A stretch of 18,997 nt of DNA. Source: a virus. A program made the translations under genes and the position numbers. Positions 8,392-15,381 of this stretch are shown piece after piece. The stretch lies in UHGV virus genome UHGV-0102822; one strand, written 5' to 3'. The notes below the pieces were generated by a model. The model was not told the origin of the DNA. It saw nothing but the letters and a program-made list of their open reading frames with translations, and did not search any database. Every line of letters starts with the position of its first letter. The stretch's first letter is position 1.

Positions 8392-8394
8392 CAT

Positions 8395-8405
8395 CTAAAT
8401 AATAA
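8395..8405 (+). promoter_or_regulatory. CTAAATAATAA motif (candidate late promoter) upstream of the 162-aa gene
   Basis: Second copy of an 11-bp direct repeat (first copy 8361-8371, overlapping the fiber stop) flanking the terminator hairpin. Followed by a 14-bp palindrome and the AAGGAT SD. Confidence 0.35.
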
Positions 8406-8433
8406 CGTTATTACTTAATAAAGGATATTTAAA

Positions 8434-8922
8434 ATGGCTGATAAAGCATATGATATTTTCGCTGGCTCTTACGTCAGTGTATTTTTCAACTCTGACGTAT
8501 TGAACAAAGATATCGACTCAGAGAAATTCGTAGAAGTTCCTGAAGTTGGCGCATTTCCTACGACTGGTATCGAACGTGAGGTAATCGTTGCTCCTAACTT
8601 TACTCACAAATACAGCCGTAAACTGGTTGGTCGTGGTTCTGTTCCTGATATCGATTTGACTGTTAACTATATTCCTGGGTCTATTCATGATCAGCTTTAT
8701 AAGCTTGCGGAAGATGGTAAACGTGGTCAGTTCAAAATCGTTTATTGGATGGATGCTTCTAAAGAAATCGGTGTTGCAAAAATGTATAACGGTTTCCTGT
8801 CAAGCGCTACTTATTCCGGTGGTGAATCAGAAGTTGCTGCACAGGCTATGACTCTGAGTGTTGATGGTGGTCCAATTGCCGAAGCTTTGGTTGATTTGAC
8901 TGCTCCAACTCCAGAAGGCTAA
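8434..8922 (+). CDS. putative tail tube or minor tail protein
   Basis: 162 aa, acidic, with a pattern loosely reminiscent of tail-tube-fold proteins (DIDLTVNYIPGS...KRGQFKIVYW...GGESEV). Flanked by a terminator on each side, suggesting an abundantly expressed structural gene. Assignment is weak. Confidence 0.35.
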   Translation: MADKAYDIFAGSYVSVFFNSDVLNKDIDSEKFVEVPEVGAFPTTGIEREVIVAPNFTHKYSRKLVGRGSVPDIDLTVNYIPGSIHDQLYKLAEDGKRGQFKIVYWMDASKEIGVAKMYNGFLSSATYSGGESEVAAQAMTLSVDGGPIAEALVDLTAPTPEG

Positions 8923-8943
8923 TCGTTTTATTGTTCAATCTTA

Positions 8944-8969
8944 AAAGACTCCTAACGGGGTCTTTTTTT
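8944..8969 (+). terminator. rho-independent terminator after the 162-aa gene
   Basis: AAAGACTCC-TAAC-GGGGTCTTT, a 9-bp stem with one G-U pair, followed by a run of seven T (three of them in the stem). Confidence 0.7.
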
Positions 8970-8973
8970 GGCT

Positions 8974-8983
8974 CTAAATAAAG
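8974..8983 (+). promoter_or_regulatory. CTAAATAAAG motif (candidate late promoter) upstream of the gpK-like gene
   Basis: Exact CTAAATAAAG immediately after the terminator, then AGAGG SD and ATG 9002. Confidence 0.4.
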
Positions 8984-9001
8984 TCAGAGGTGAATCTTAA
9001 A

Positions 9002-9418
9002 ATGTTTAAATTTCAAGCTGACTTATCAAAATTATTAAATCGTTATATCAACAAAGAACACAAATACGGTCAAAACGACTGTAATATCCTTGTCGCTGAA
9101 TATATCGATATGACTTGCGGAACAGATTACGCAAGCAAACTTATTTCCAAATATGACTCTGTTCAATCGGGTTTAAAACACTGCAAAGAACTTACAGGTT
9201 TTAATAACGTTTTAGAAGCTTGTGAAAAGCATTTCGAAAAATCAAACATTATCGAAACAGGGTCAATTGTCTTAATTAAAAAAACATACAGACGCCGAGT
9301 TTATTACGTTGCGTCGATTGTCTTTAACGACAAAGCAATTATTGAACACAACAACAAATACGCTTTGATAAACGTAAAAGATTTTGAATACGAATTAATT
9401 TTTAACAGGAGAAAATAA
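9002..9418 (+). CDS. NlpC/P60-type tail assembly protein (lambda gpK C-terminal domain-like)
   Basis: 138 aa from ATG 9002; the track's GTG 8990 overlaps the SD. Cys-His-His spacing typical of NlpC/P60 (QNDCNILVAEY ... IIEHNNKYALI). Sits directly upstream of the gpJ-like gene, as gpK does in lambda. Confidence 0.55.
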   Translation: MFKFQADLSKLLNRYINKEHKYGQNDCNILVAEYIDMTCGTDYASKLISKYDSVQSGLKHCKELTGFNNVLEACEKHFEKSNIIETGSIVLIKKTYRRRVYYVASIVFNDKAIIEHNNKYALINVKDFEYELIFNRRK

Positions 9419-12400
9419 TGGCTATTGTCGCAATTGGTGCAATCATCGCTGGTGCTTCTGCTGGTCTTGCTGCTTATGCCGCTGGGATGGCATTAGCTAT
9501 TTCAATCGGTATTGGTGTTGCTGTTGCTGCTGTTTCCGCTTTAATGTCAACAGCTATGCAACCAACTGTTCCTCGATTTAATACAAGTGATACCGCAACA
9601 ACATTAGGAACAACGTCTGATCCTTCAACTGTATTACCGATTATCTACGGTGAACAACGCACAGGAACAATTAACGTTTGGGATGCTGTAGGAAATGATA
9701 CGACTTATTTGGTGCAAATTTTTGCAATTGCCGAAGGTGAAGTTGATAGCTTTAAAAACCTTTATATCGATAACAAGCGTATTCTGAATGATGCCGTTTA
9801 TCGTGATGGAATTGTTTCAAGAGGTTCAATCGTTTCTCAATATCAAGACTATGTGCAAGTTGAATTCTCTGTTGGTAAAGAACAAGGTCATCATTTCAAA
9901 CTTGCTGAACAATACTTAGGAAATGACCCAAGTGGCTGGCCTGTTTCTGCTACAGGTAACGGTGTCGCTTCTTGCTGTATCGTAATGCAGAAACGAAATT
10001 CAGACTTACAAAACCAAGCTGATATCCTACAACCTAACAGTCAGGTCGCTGTTGATGTTAGAGGACGTTTGATTACTGACTTAAACACGGGACAAATCGT
10101 TCCATCTCGCAACGGTGCAAGTCAGATTGTCGATTATCTGACGAACGAACGATACGGATTAGGAGTTTCACTTGATAAAATTAACCTTGATAGTTTTAAA
10201 GCTGCTGCAAATTATGCTTTAAGCAATCAACTATTTTCCGATGGTGCAACAGACCCTAACGCAACGTTTAAAGAAAACTTAACTCAGCTTGCAGGTGCTT
10301 TTAACGGAATGATTTTCGAATCATTCGGACAAGTTTATTGCAAAATCGATGGTCCTGATGTTGTTTCATTTGATTTCGATGAAGAAAATATTTCTGCTGG
10401 TTCAGTTTCGTTGAATTCAGGTGGTTCAGAGGAATATTACAATACGCTGAACGTGAAATATCAAGATCCTGCAATCGATTATTCCGAGCAAGTTCTTCGT
10501 TATCCATCTGACGTGACGACCGACAAAACAATTCAATATGATAAACGTATTATCGCGAAAGATGTTAATTATCGTTTTGTGAAATCTAAAGACCAATTGG
10601 ACAAACTTGCTTCAATCGAACGTAACAAATCACTGTTAAAACAGATTATCAGCTTTAGTTCTCCTGATTCCTATACTATTCAAGTTTGGGATGTTATCAG
10701 AGTTAACTTTGATGAATTAAATTTGCAAGATTCGTTATGGCGCGTTACTAACGTTAGTCGTTCAATGAATAAGGGCGTTGCTGGTATCGTTAACATCACA
10801 GCTACTGAATATATTGAAGAAGTTTATACCGATTTAGACTATGCGAAAGATCCTAATAACAACGGTTCAAACGTACCAAACAAAGGATACTTGATTGCTC
10901 CTACGAATCTTAAAGTTTCAAGCGTTTCAGAAACAGCTTTAGGAAGAACTTTTAAAGTTTCATGGAATTCAGAGCAAGATTTTAACCGTTCAGGTTTTTA
11001 TATTCAATATGCAGTTGCAGGAACAAACCAATGGACTCAAGCAGGATTCACATCAGGAAATTCTTACTTGATTATGAACATGGACCCATTGCAGAAATAT
11101 GATATTCGTGTTTGTGCTTCTGGTGTTTTCTATACGTCTGAATGGGTTTATTCAATGAATGTTAACCCTGATGTCGTTTATAATCTGCCTAAAGTTCGTG
11201 GTCTAAGACTTGTTAACTCTGAGTTTAATAACAACGTTACGCAACAAACGCAATTTGAATTTGCATGGGATAATCAGAGTTCAGAGAAATTCGAAGTTGA
11301 CGGCGTTCAACAGACTTTCGAACAAGTATTTCAGTATTACGAAATCAAAATCACTGGACAAAGACCTGTTGTATACAGAACTAAAGATTTGAGCTTCATT
11401 TATGATTTACGAATGAACCAGCAAAACGGTATCAGTCGTGAAATTAAATTTGAAATCACTGCTGTTGGTTATTCAGGTTTAAGATCTGAACCTACTGAAT
11501 TAATCGTAAGAAATAATCAAGCTCCTGCAATAATCGGTTTTACTGCTTCGAATGGTCCTGGATTATTGATGTGTTCTTGGAACGATCCAATGAGTGTTGC
11601 ACCTGATTATTCTGGAACTGTTATTCAAGTTTCAAATAATCCTGAATTCACTGACATTAATCAAGTTCAGTTGAGTTCTAGCCAGTTCATTGAAAACTTC
11701 CCGTTAGTTGACGGTGAATATTATGTTCGAGCTGCATGGTATGACGTTTTCGGACAAGACCAATTAGTTTGGACTGAATCAGTTTATATCAACATGAAAT
11801 GGGATATTCCATGGACAGAAGATATGAAAGACCAGTTAAACGACTTGCTTGATTTAGACCAACGAGTTGATGGTGCTATCGAGGACGCTTTAGAACTCGC
11901 AAATGCTTATACCGATACTCAGATAACATCAACTAAGCAGGAAGTAACAACCGAGATTGATCAGAAGATCAGCACGTCTAATACAACGTTGCATACTCAG
12001 ATAACGAATGAAACGCAAGGCGCTATCAATCAGGCTATTACGATTCAAACGGCTGATTTTGACGGTAAGTTAAACTCTGCTATAACCGAAGTTGAGAAAA
12101 CCCAAGCGGATGATCGTGCTGCAACAGCTTCACAAATCAGCCAATTAAAAGCTGAAACTACGGATATGGTCGCGACTGTTTCTACCGAAGCAAAAGCAAG
12201 CGTTGACGATTTAGCAGGAACTGTTAACAGTAAATGGGCTGTTTCTACAAACGCCGATGGTGTCGTAGCTGGTATTAGTATGTTGGCATCTAAGGACGCT
12301 GCGGGAAATAAAGCCTCAAGCATTATTTTTAACGCTGATAAGATTGCTATAACAAATAATAACACTGCTCCTAATGCTGTTCCACCGTTCATGGTCGCAG

Positions 12401-13098
12401 ATGATAGAGTTTATTTACAAAGCGCGATGATTCGCAATGCTTCGATCGGTAATGCTCAAATTGCTAATGCTGCAATTGATAATGCCAAAATTGCTAATGC
12501 TGCAATTAATAACGCGCAGATTCAAGACGGTGCTATTACAACAGCGAAAATTGGTAATGCTCAAATCGGTTCAGCACAAATTGCCTGGGAAATATCCTCT
12601 GATAACTGGGTTCCTTCCGGTGGTACTCAAGGATGGACAATTAGAAAAGATGGTTGGGCTTCATTCCAAAACGTTACAGTTAAAGGAAATATTCAAGCTG
12701 ATTCTGGTTATTTCTCAGGAGAAATCAGAGGTGGTTCTGGTTATTTCACAGGGACTGTTTACGCTGACAGAATCGAAGGTGACGTTATCAAAATGGGATT
12801 TGTCGATCCGTGGGGATCTGTTCATATTCCTGCTGTTGGTTGGAGAAGAATGATTGCTATTCCTAACGTTGCAATCGCCGGAAGAACTTATTCTGGTGGT
12901 ACTGGTTGGGGTGGTGGCAAAGCGTGGTTAAGACTCTCAAACGGCCAAGAAGTTGTTTACGTTCAATCTCAATCTCTAAACGGTTCAAACGGTGGTGTCG
13001 CATACATCGAAGCGGGACAAGCTGTTGATTTAACTTATACGGTCGAATTAAACCGAGCAGAAGCCTCAAGGGCAGTTTATTTTATCAGTAAAGTTTGA
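9418..13098 (+). CDS. central tail fiber / tip attachment protein (lambda gpJ-like) with a fused hydrophobic Gly/Ala-rich N-terminus
   Basis: 1226 aa. After a ~45-aa hydrophobic stretch comes a gpJ-type N-terminal domain (VLPIIYGEQRTGTINVWDAVGN...LVQIFAIAEGEVDSF), then fibronectin-III-like repeats (APTNLKVSSVSETALGRTFKVSWN...), a coiled region, a 5-residue-period repeat tract and a C-terminal domain. The start ATG overlaps the gpK-like stop (TAATG). Confidence 0.75.
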   Translation: MAIVAIGAIIAGASAGLAAYAAGMALAISIGIGVAVAAVSALMSTAMQPTVPRFNTSDTATTLGTTSDPSTVLPIIYGEQRTGTINVWDAVGNDTTYLVQIFAIAEGEVDSFKNLYIDNKRILNDAVYRDGIVSRGSIVSQYQDYVQVEFSVGKEQGHHFKLAEQYLGNDPSGWPVSATGNGVASCCIVMQKRNSDLQNQADILQPNSQVAVDVRGRLITDLNTGQIVPSRNGASQIVDYLTNERYGLGVSLDKINLDSFKAAANYALSNQLFSDGATDPNATFKENLTQLAGAFNGMIFESFGQVYCKIDGPDVVSFDFDEENISAGSVSLNSGGSEEYYNTLNVKYQDPAIDYSEQVLRYPSDVTTDKTIQYDKRIIAKDVNYRFVKSKDQLDKLASIERNKSLLKQIISFSSPDSYTIQVWDVIRVNFDELNLQDSLWRVTNVSRSMNKGVAGIVNITATEYIEEVYTDLDYAKDPNNNGSNVPNKGYLIAPTNLKVSSVSETALGRTFKVSWNSEQDFNRSGFYIQYAVAGTNQWTQAGFTSGNSYLIMNMDPLQKYDIRVCASGVFYTSEWVYSMNVNPDVVYNLPKVRGLRLVNSEFNNNVTQQTQFEFAWDNQSSEKFEVDGVQQTFEQVFQYYEIKITGQRPVVYRTKDLSFIYDLRMNQQNGISREIKFEITAVGYSGLRSEPTELIVRNNQAPAIIGFTASNGPGLLMCSWNDPMSVAPDYSGTVIQVSNNPEFTDINQVQLSSSQFIENFPLVDGEYYVRAAWYDVFGQDQLVWTESVYINMKWDIPWTEDMKDQLNDLLDLDQRVDGAIEDALELANAYTDTQITSTKQEVTTEIDQKISTSNTTLHTQITNETQGAINQAITIQTADFDGKLNSAITEVEKTQADDRAATASQISQLKAETTDMVATVSTEAKASVDDLAGTVNSKWAVSTNADGVVAGISMLASKDAAGNKASSIIFNADKIAITNNNTAPNAVPPFMVADDRVYLQSAMIRNASIGNAQIANAAIDNAKIANAAINNAQIQDGAITTAKIGNAQIGSAQIAWEISSDNWVPSGGTQGWTIRKDGWASFQNVTVKGNIQADSGYFSGEIRGGSGYFTGTVYADRIEGDVIKMGFVDPWGSVHIPAVGWRRMIAIPNVAIAGRTYSGGTGWGGGKAWLRLSNGQEVVYVQSQSLNGSNGGVAYIEAGQAVDLTYTVELNRAEASRAVYFISKV
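12430..12585 (+). repeat. tandem 15-bp / 5-residue periodic repeat tract inside the gpJ-like gene
   Basis: About nine consecutive pentapeptide units: IGNAQ IANAA IDNAK IANAA INNAQ IQDGA ITTAK IGNAQ IGSAQ. The underlying DNA repeats AATGCTCAAATTGCT / AATGCTGCAATTGAT. Confidence 0.7.
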
Positions 13099-13122
13099 TT
13101 TCTTTCCCCCAAATCCGTTTTT

Positions 13123-13132
13123 CTAAATAAGA
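13123..13132 (+). promoter_or_regulatory. CTAAATAAGA motif (candidate late promoter) upstream of the small-gene cluster
   Basis: Lies 28 nt upstream of ATG 13160; AAAGGAGAAAG SD in between. Confidence 0.35.
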
Positions 13133-13159
13133 CATGGAGGTCTTAAAAGGAGAAAGAAA

Positions 13160-13456
13160 ATGGGTGTTGAAGCCATCATTTCTTTCGCGGGACTGCTATG
13201 CGCTGGCTTTGGATGGATTTGGTCTCAAAAGAACGCAATGGAAGCCGACGCTTTAAAAATCGAACAGAGACTATCTGAAATCGAGAAAAGCGTTGCTCTT
13301 AATAGTGCGACCGATTCAAACGCAAATACTGAATTAACCAACGTTCGTGATTCGTTTAAGGAGTTTAAAGGTGATATGAAAAGTATAGACAATCGAATTA
13401 GAGAAATCGAAATTCGATTAGCGGTGATAGACAGTGAAACGAAAAGAAATAAATAA
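13160..13456 (+). CDS. small membrane-anchored coiled-coil protein (N-terminal TM helix plus helical domain)
   Basis: 98 aa. N-terminal hydrophobic segment AIISFAGLLCAGFGWIW, followed by heptad-like charged helical sequence (ALKIEQRLSEIEKS ... IDNRIREIEIRLAVID). The architecture resembles an i-spanin or other signal-anchored periplasmic protein, but function is unassigned. Confidence 0.5.
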   Translation: MGVEAIISFAGLLCAGFGWIWSQKNAMEADALKIEQRLSEIEKSVALNSATDSNANTELTNVRDSFKEFKGDMKSIDNRIREIEIRLAVIDSETKRNK

Positions 13457-13889
13457 TTACAAGAAAACCCTTTTTGATAAACAAAATAAAAGATGTGCTT
13501 TAACTGGGATAGAAATTACCGATGTTAATAAAGCCCATTTAGACCATGACCACGCTCTTGATGGTTCTCAAGCTGGACGATGCCGAGGATTATTACTCGC
13601 ACAGGCAAACGTCCTTGAGGGCAGATTAAAACATCAATTCATGTATTCAGGTTTAGCGAAGCACATCGAATATATTGATTTTTTAAAAAGATTGGTAACT
13701 TATCTCGAAAAAGATAATTCTAAAAATCCTATTCATCCTCAACTTGTAACAGACCTATCAAAGCGCTTTTCGAAAATGACGTTAAAGCAAATGAAAGAGA
13801 CTTTATTAGCAGAGGACATAAATCCAGTTGGTGATAAAAAATCTCTCATTAACTTGTACAAACAAAATTTAAAGGTGAAGTATGATTGA
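13434..13889 (+). CDS. recombination endonuclease VII homolog (T4 gp49-like, His-Me/HNH-type junction resolvase)
   Basis: 151 aa from GTG 13434, overlapping the upstream ORF by 23 nt. Clear similarity to T4 endonuclease VII as I recall it: HLDHDH, AG-x-x-RGLL, N...LEG..KH.F, SGL, and LVTYLEKDNSKNPIHPQLV versus T4 LLTYLKSDYTQNNIHPNFV. Confidence 0.8.
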   Translation: MKRKEINNYKKTLFDKQNKRCALTGIEITDVNKAHLDHDHALDGSQAGRCRGLLLAQANVLEGRLKHQFMYSGLAKHIEYIDFLKRLVTYLEKDNSKNPIHPQLVTDLSKRFSKMTLKQMKETLLAEDINPVGDKKSLINLYKQNLKVKYD

Positions 13890-14094
13890 AAAAATGAAAG
13901 CTGCATTCAAGAAACTTCCAGCAATGACAGGGGACTTTAAAAAGAAATTCATTTACGCGATGATTGCAATGGCTGTTTATAATTACATCGTTGTTCCGTG
14001 TGCATTGAGTTTCTTCGGAATAGTTCTTCCTATCGTTCCTCTTGATGAAGCTATGAAATATATCTTTGCAATTGTTTCATTTGGGAGTATGTAA
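13882..14094 (+). CDS. small hydrophobic membrane protein (holin-like size, possible dual start)
   Basis: 70 aa. N-terminus MIEKMK has two in-frame ATGs (13882 and 13894) separated by a Lys-containing tripeptide. A ~30-residue hydrophobic core (FIYAMIAMAVYNYIVVPCALSFFGIVLPIV) and a short hydrophobic C-terminus. Start overlaps the endo VII stop; AAAGGTGA SD. Confidence 0.45.
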   Translation: MIEKMKAAFKKLPAMTGDFKKKFIYAMIAMAVYNYIVVPCALSFFGIVLPIVPLDEAMKYIFAIVSFGSM

Positions 14095-14633
14095 TGGCGA
14101 AACTTGGTGGAGTTAAAAAAGACTTAGACAAATGGCGAATAAAAGAATCTGATCAGTTCTCTAAAAGAGTAACTAAAGCGTCTAAACTCGCTTCTGTTGA
14201 GTTACAACGAAAGATTAATCGACGTGTTGAAGGACCTGTGAATTTCACCAAGAACGCCGTTGGGTTCAGATTTAAGATTGATAAAGAAGGAACAACTAAC
14301 AGAATCTTTATCAAAGACGTTCAGGCGAATTATCTTTCACACTTGATAGATGATAACAGTCCGATTAACAAATATGTTCCAACAGGGGTAAGAGGTTCGA
14401 CTAACCAGTTCGGTAACATTCCAGGATTAAAAACTCGTAGAAACCTAGAGGCAGTCAAACAAAAGAAAGATGGTATTAACAGAACGATTCTGATTAAGAC
14501 AAATGTTAAAAAACAGAACAAAAGAGTTATTGCTATTTTCAAACGTCATCAAACTCGTAAGAAATCTATTGGTTCTTGGACTGATATTGGTAATGACATC
14601 ATAAAAACGGTTCGTCGTGTTGCTACTAAATAA
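14094..14633 (+). CDS. hypothetical highly basic protein
   Basis: 179 aa, Lys/Arg-rich throughout. ATG overlaps the upstream stop (TAATG); GGGAG SD. No recognisable catalytic motif. Confidence 0.5.
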   Translation: MAKLGGVKKDLDKWRIKESDQFSKRVTKASKLASVELQRKINRRVEGPVNFTKNAVGFRFKIDKEGTTNRIFIKDVQANYLSHLIDDNSPINKYVPTGVRGSTNQFGNIPGLKTRRNLEAVKQKKDGINRTILIKTNVKKQNKRVIAIFKRHQTRKKSIGSWTDIGNDIIKTVRRVATK

Positions 14634-14636
14634 AAG
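14626..14636 (+). promoter_or_regulatory. CTAAATAAAAG motif (candidate late promoter) plus AAAAGGAGA Shine-Dalgarno
   Basis: Part of CTAAATAAAAGAAAAGGAGACAAAATG, 24/27 identical to the cassette at 3707-3733. Overlaps the stop codon of the preceding gene. Confidence 0.45.
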
Positions 14637-14649
14637 AAAAGGAGACAAA

Positions 14650-14970
14650 ATGAACTTAAATGATTTTGAAACATATCGTGTTGACGAACTCGATTCTATT
14701 TTTATCAAAGAGCACAATCCAGAGTCGATGACTATTCCTTATAGCTTTGAACTGGTGAAAGAAACTCGTATAAAAAGGAATCTTCAAAACGACCAAAACG
14801 TTTTTATTGTTAGCACTCAGAAAAAGAAACCTCGTTATCATTTCAAGAATAATGAAATCGTAGAAATCAATGGTCCTTTCTTTGAACAAAATGCTGTTTG
14901 TATTTTTCAGCAAGAATATATTCATAAAGGATTCAGAATGATTGGATATTTCTTCCAATTCATCGAGTAA
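14650..14970 (+). CDS. hypothetical protein
   Basis: 106 aa from ATG 14650; the track's 14617 start is a GTG inside the promoter/SD cassette. Followed by a strong terminator. Confidence 0.5.
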   Translation: MNLNDFETYRVDELDSIFIKEHNPESMTIPYSFELVKETRIKRNLQNDQNVFIVSTQKKKPRYHFKNNEIVEINGPFFEQNAVCIFQQEYIHKGFRMIGYFFQFIE

Positions 14971-14973
14971 TCA

Positions 14974-15005
14974 AAAGGAGTTATCTTCGTGATAGCTCCT
15001 TTTTC
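14974..15005 (+). terminator. rho-independent terminator
   Basis: AAAGGAGTTATC-TTCGT-GATAGCTCCTTT, a 12-bp stem with one G-U pair, followed by a T-run. Confidence 0.65.
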
Positions 15006-15007
15006 GG

Positions 15008-15018
15008 CATAAATAAAG
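15008..15018 (+). promoter_or_regulatory. CATAAATAAAG motif (candidate late promoter) upstream of the chaperone / tape measure operon
   Basis: Variant of the recurring motif, immediately after the terminator and 31 nt before ATG 15050. Confidence 0.35.
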
Positions 15019-15049
15019 TAAACATTTAAATTAACTATAGGATTAAGAA

Positions 15050-15346
15050 ATGAAATTCGAAGAAATGATCGCCGCTCTCGGAGCAAAACGAGAAGTTGTA
15101 GAAATCAAAGGTTTTAAATTTTATGTTCGCGCAATGACCGTTGAAGAATTTGGTAAATTCTTTTTTATGGAAGACCAGACCGATAATATGATTCTGAAAT
15201 GCATTGAGAACGAAGACGGATCCCCTGTTTTTGAAAATATCGAACAAGTCAAACAACTTTATACCACCGTTCGCGCTCAACTTTCTGCTGCTGTTTCTGC
15301 TGCTTCTGTTATGAAAGAAGAAACTCACGCTGTGGAAAAGAATTAA
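15050..15346 (+). CDS. tail assembly chaperone (lambda gpG-like) by position and frame relationship
   Basis: 98-aa acidic ORF directly upstream of the tape measure gene. The downstream ORF is open in the -1 frame across its 3' end (from 15235). Confidence 0.5.
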   Translation: MKFEEMIAALGAKREVVEIKGFKFYVRAMTVEEFGKFFFMEDQTDNMILKCIENEDGSPVFENIEQVKQLYTTVRAQLSAAVSAASVMKEETHAVEKN

Positions 15347-15381
15347 GGCAGAATCCTTATAAAATATTCAAATTCAGAACC

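Noticed and set aside
5968-8394. Short ORFs inside or antisense to the tail fiber gene (5968-6150, 6426-6638, 7194-7391, 7287-7511, 8197-8394)
   Set aside because: No start context; embedded in a gene with strong fiber and chaperone signatures.
10301-13069. ORFs within the gpJ-like gene (10301-10531 -, 11210-11392 +, 12045-12392 -, 12437-12853 +, 12863-13069 -)
   Set aside because: Antisense or alternative-frame. The 138-aa 12437-12853 ORF is an artifact of the pentapeptide DNA repeat, giving a repetitive LLMLQLI translation.
14330-15328. Minus-strand ORFs 14330-14542, 14445-14717, 14656-14958 and 15035-15328
   Set aside because: Antisense to tightly packed + strand genes that each have a Shine-Dalgarno and a promoter motif; no signals of their own.
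15235-15346. A canonical X-XXY-YYZ slippery heptamer for the chaperone frameshift
   Set aside because: I stepped through the zero-frame codons of the overlap and found none. Only the non-canonical G-GAA-AAG site is reported, as a hypothesis.
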